DNA of 64,000 bases from Amoebophrya sp. A120. Lineage: Eukaryota > Protista > Dinoflagellata. Position numbers and translations under genes: made by a program. The DNA lies in the NCBI GenBank assembly GCA_905178155.1, contig CAJINV010000016.1, forward strand, positions 124,001-188,000, read 5' to 3'. This document shows positions 61,001 to 64,000 of this stretch, piece after piece. The notes beneath the pieces are model-generated. The model did no database searches, was not told the DNA's origin, and worked only from the letters and a program-made list of their open reading frames with translations. Position 1 is the first letter of the stretch; the number at the start of each line of letters is the position of its first letter.

Positions 61001-64000
61001 CTGGGTCTGGAAGGATGTAACTTGTGATGCGAAGTTCAGAACACACAAAAATCTCTGATGCATAGGCAGCAAAAGCTGCTCAACTTCTGTCACCAAAATG
61101 AGGGATTTGTCATGCGGATTCAGCATTGCGGAAGCTTGTCGAAACCTGTGATGCTAGAGCTTCCATGCCAGACCTTCTGTGTCATGCCGAAACAGCATGA
61201 CTCTTCCAGACCCAGACATTTTTACATTTCATACACGCTGATCCGGGGCATTTTGATCGCGGTTTTCCGCTGGTTCTTGTTGACCGCAAAGGGGTTATCA
61301 AGAGCAAAAGTGTCTGGGTCTGGAGGAGTGTAGACTTGTCATGCAGATTTTCCATGGCCCATGAGGTCTGGAATGCGGGACTTAGCATGACAGACTCTGC
61401 GAGGTCCCTACCATCAACATCATGCCTATTCTGCATGATAAACTCCGTTCCAACTTGGTCAGAAGTGGACAGCTTTCGGCACTCAGGCAACACAGATTTT
61501 TGCATGCTTCAGATTTACCATGACAAGTTGCAATCTTCCAGACCCAGACATAATTTTTGCAATTCATAGGGGTTCTCGTTTTCGATCAGCATCCGCGACA
61601 TGCTCTTCAATCTCTCCGCAACATATCCACTGCAAAAGTATCGTACTCGTATGAATTGCAGGTATGCATGACAAATCTGATTTCCTACCTGAATCTGCAT
61701 TACAAGTTCCAATTTTCTTCTTGAAAAAATTTGTCATGCGATTTATGCTAGTACGATATTACTTTTGCAATGCATACAACATGCAGCCCGCTGATACCCG
61801 CACCCAAGACGGCGACCCGGATCTCGTTGGATTTCTCGCTCGTGTCCTGGACCTTCATCGAGGCTGAGGAGGTCGCGTTTGCGATTGTTATTTCGTTACC
61901 GCGATTGCCCCGACGAAGATCGTCCCCGGGGGTGGTTTATCCTGTGCAAAAGTATCGCGCTCGTATTGCAATCATGCATTACATATCCCTTTCTCAAGCT
62001 AAATCTGCATTACAAATTTTATTTCTCATGCTGCAGAAATAATTTGTATTGCATTTATACGAATGCGATACTTTTGCAATGCATATGGTTCTACTAGTTG
62101 TAGTACCAGCAGCAGCTCCAGCTCCTTGATCAGGAAGATTATCCTCCGTCGCGTGGATGCCTTCCACGAAGAAAGACCTGTCGCTCCTCATGTGGGGATA
62201 ATTTTCCACCGCTGCATATGGCGTTCTCAAACGTTACACTCTCAACTGTTACACGAAGTTGTGATGCAAAAACAGCAATAGGGAAAGGGGCAAGGTTGTA
62301 ACTCTTGCGTCACAAATTTGGCACAGATTTAGATGCTGTCCAGCCCTTCGATAATTTGTCACGCGAAGCAGCTTGATCGTCTGGCCGCTCATGTTCTTTT
62401 TGCATGGCAAATCATGTAACAGTTGAGAATTTGTAACGTTTGAGAATGCCATACTGCAGCCTCCGCTGCGCACGATGTTGAAAACGCAGATTCCCAACAC
62501 AGGTAAGAATCGTGCGGCCGCGTGTGACTGCTGTCACGGCCGAAAGTAGAGGAACAGTTGCTGGTAGCCTGCGAGTGATTGCTCGACACACTGCTTTTGC
62601 GGGACCGCGGAATGTCATTTTTGAAAAACCTGTCTCCGCTAGTTTCTTGTGCAATTGTCTGCTGGGAAGTTCTTGTGAAAGAACCTCCAGCAGGACCTCC
62701 AATTCGTCTGTCTCTGTGGCCGCTGTTGACGCTGTCGCCGGATTGTGATCTATTGCTCCTCCGGCGGGCGGGGGGAGCTCCAGCTCCAGCTGATGCAGTA
62801 GAACTACCTTTATTAGAGCAGGTACTGTAGTTCCCTGGTGTGCAGGGCGGCGCCCCTGAGCTCATTGGCGTCGATCTGTCGGTGGAGAAACTGCCGAGAT
62901 GTCGCAAAGGCAGCGGCGGGGGGGGAGGCGGTGGGGGTGGAGTCGGGGGCGCATGGTTTACTACTTCTCGAGTTCCAGGTTCTAGGCCGCCACCAGGCAA
63001 TTCTAGTTGTCGTCCTGGGAGCTTTGGAGGTCCTCGACTGTGGTAATCTCCCTTGCCATCTGTAGCTTTTGATTTCCCCGAAGAAGAAGTAGAGGCAGGT
63101 GCGGCTTCCACTTGCAGCTGCGCTTTGTCGAAAGAACTAGTATATCCTGTGTAAAAGTATCGTACTCGTAGTAATCGCAGTCATGCATCACAAATTGCTT
63201 TCTCAAGTGAAATCCGCATGACAAATTTTATTTCTCATGCTGAGGAAATTTGTCATGCGATTTATACTAGTACGATGCTTTTGCATTTCATATAGTAGCG
63301 AAGCTTTGTGCATCTTGCGCAACTACCGGCGTCCGTTCGCCCATGGAGAGGGACGACGTCGAAGATTTCCGCATCGCCTTTTTCCCCCCTTTCTGACAAG
63401 AAGAAGAATCTTGTTTACCGTGCCCTCCTTTATTAACCAACACACTCTGCATCTTATGCATTGCAAAAGTATCGTACTCGTAGTATTGCAATACAAATTA
63501 GCTCAGCATGACAAATGGAATTTCTCATGCTGAAATAGCTTGAAAAAGAAATTTGTGTTGCATGACTGCGATTAGTACGAGTACGATACTTTTGCACAGG
63601 ATACATCTGCTGCTGTTGCAATAATTGCAAGTCTCGCTGTTCCTGTTCCTGTTGCTGGTAATACCAGGTCACGCAGGAATTTTGATTGCTCTCGTGGTTG
63701 TTGTAGTGGCCGATTTGCTGTTGTTGGTGCGAAAGATGTTGGTCGTAACTATCGGACTTGGACCGCCAATTCCAATTTTTGCTGCCTGTGCCTATCTATC
63801 AAATGCAAAAGTGTCAGTCTGGCTCTGGAACAGTCATGCTGCTTTTGCATGACACACAAGGCCTTCGAGAAGCTTCCGCAATGCCGAATGTGCATGACAA
63901 ATGTCCCATTCTGGTGACAGAAAGCGGCCAGCTTTTGCTGCCTGTGCATGAGAGATTTTTATGGGTTGTCAAATGCGCATCACAAGTTTGCATTCTTCCA
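52023..64000 (-). CDS. Renalase-like FAD/NAD(P)-dependent oxidoreductase with a long low-complexity N-terminal extension; 20 introners plus several GT-AG introns; 5' end probably beyond the window
   Basis: Spliced motifs in order: VAVLGAGISGL, IFEKANACGGRLVTR, FDFGAPFF, VFVGWPKMSELGK, FDYVVVSLPGPQ, CYVLMLGF, DSNKPGR, EWSEQH, HAWRYAQ, LGICGDW...VEGAWWSA; stop at 52023. Continuity above about 62.1 kb was not fully checked. Confidence 0.85.
52096..52314. mobile_element. Introner, family H (TATGCAAG.AAAAAACTGT TIR)
   Basis: TSD AGGCT. Confidence 0.85.
52402..54525. repeat. Tandem repeat of an approximately 935-bp unit, about 2.3 copies
   Basis: CTTATCCAGCCAGCAGTAGTCTTGCTTCTCCGCCCT at 52415, 53357 and 54289. 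Confidence 0.9.
54581..54846. mobile_element. Introner, family A
   Basis: TSD ATACC. Confidence 0.9.
54907..55132. mobile_element. Introner, family E
   Basis: TSD TTCCA. Confidence 0.9.
55190..55456. mobile_element. Introner, family A
   Basis: TSD CGTTG. Confidence 0.9.
56651..56805. mobile_element. Introner, family F
   Basis: TSD TCCTG. Confidence 0.9.
56859..57120. mobile_element. Introner, family A
   Basis: TSD TCGTC. Confidence 0.9.
57628..57783. mobile_element. Introner, family F
   Basis: TSD TCTGC. Confidence 0.9.
57891..58161. mobile_element. Introner, family B
   Basis: TSD GGGTG. Confidence 0.9.
58491..58749. mobile_element. Introner, family A
   Basis: TSD CCCGT. Confidence 0.9.
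59262..59442. mobile_element. Degenerate introner, family F
   Basis: Flanks TCACT/GCACT; eroded TIR. Confidence 0.7.
59586..59839. mobile_element. Introner, family A
   Basis: TSD GGTTC. Confidence 0.9.
60100..60379. mobile_element. Introner, family B
   Basis: TSD GCTTC. Confidence 0.9.
60983..61233. mobile_element. Introner, family A
   Basis: TSD CACGC. Confidence 0.9.
61296..61568. mobile_element. Introner, family A
   Basis: TSD GGGGT. Confidence 0.9.
61624..61776. mobile_element. Introner, family F
   Basis: TSD CAACA; removal gives GISGLHV|AERLKS. Confidence 0.9.
61938..62085. mobile_element. Introner, family F
   Basis: TSD TGGTT. Confidence 0.9.
62217..62453. mobile_element. Introner, family E
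   Basis: TSD CTGCA. Confidence 0.9.
63143..63292. mobile_element. Introner, family F
   Basis: TSD TAGTA. Confidence 0.9.
63455..63603. mobile_element. Introner, family F (opposite orientation)
   Basis: TSD CATCT. Confidence 0.9.
63797..64000. mobile_element. Introner, family A, truncated by the window edge
   Basis: Left TIR TATCAAATGCAAAAGTGTC; interior matches the 35308 copy. Confidence 0.8.

Noticed and set aside
1032-63603. CRISPR array or bacterial REP/IS elements
   Set aside because: The repeats are dispersed inverted pairs with TSDs inside eukaryotic genes. There is no regular repeat-spacer structure and no cas or transposase gene.
943-64000. Recurring peptides CKNVWVWK, FQTQTFLHLI and KMSGSG in many ORFs, read as a protein repeat family
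   Set aside because: They are translations of the family A TIR in different frames.
1-64000. Genome-wide stop-codon reassignment
   Set aside because: Conserved domains translate without internal stops in the standard code once introns are removed.

Overview
Eukaryotic genomic DNA. It is inferred to come from an Amoebophrya-like syndinian/dinoflagellate parasite, because it has dense non-canonical inverted-repeat introns and every gene I could reconstruct lies on the minus strand. The dominant signal is 41 short (about 150-350 bp) MITE-like elements from about 9 terminal-inverted-repeat (TIR) families. Nearly all start TAT and end ATA, 31 of the 40 complete copies have a perfect 5-bp target-site duplication (TSD), and all share a GCAT(G/C/T)ACAA core motif. 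All sit inside coding regions. At every junction I translated, removing the element plus one TSD copy restores the reading frame, so they behave as non-GT-AG introns (introners). Removing them by hand reveals several genes: a renalase-like FAD oxidoreductase with 20 introners, a cryptochrome/photolyase, a multi-membrane-span protein fusing a PARP-like ADP-ribosyltransferase to an EEP domain, two paralogous single-pass membrane proteins, and a small L51/S25/CI-B8-like protein. There is also a tandem array of 3-4 probably secreted proteins, three carrying a permuted papain-fold (PPPDE/LRAT-like) domain. All gene models are manual reconstructions without transcript data, and most entries in the supplied ORF track are artefacts.
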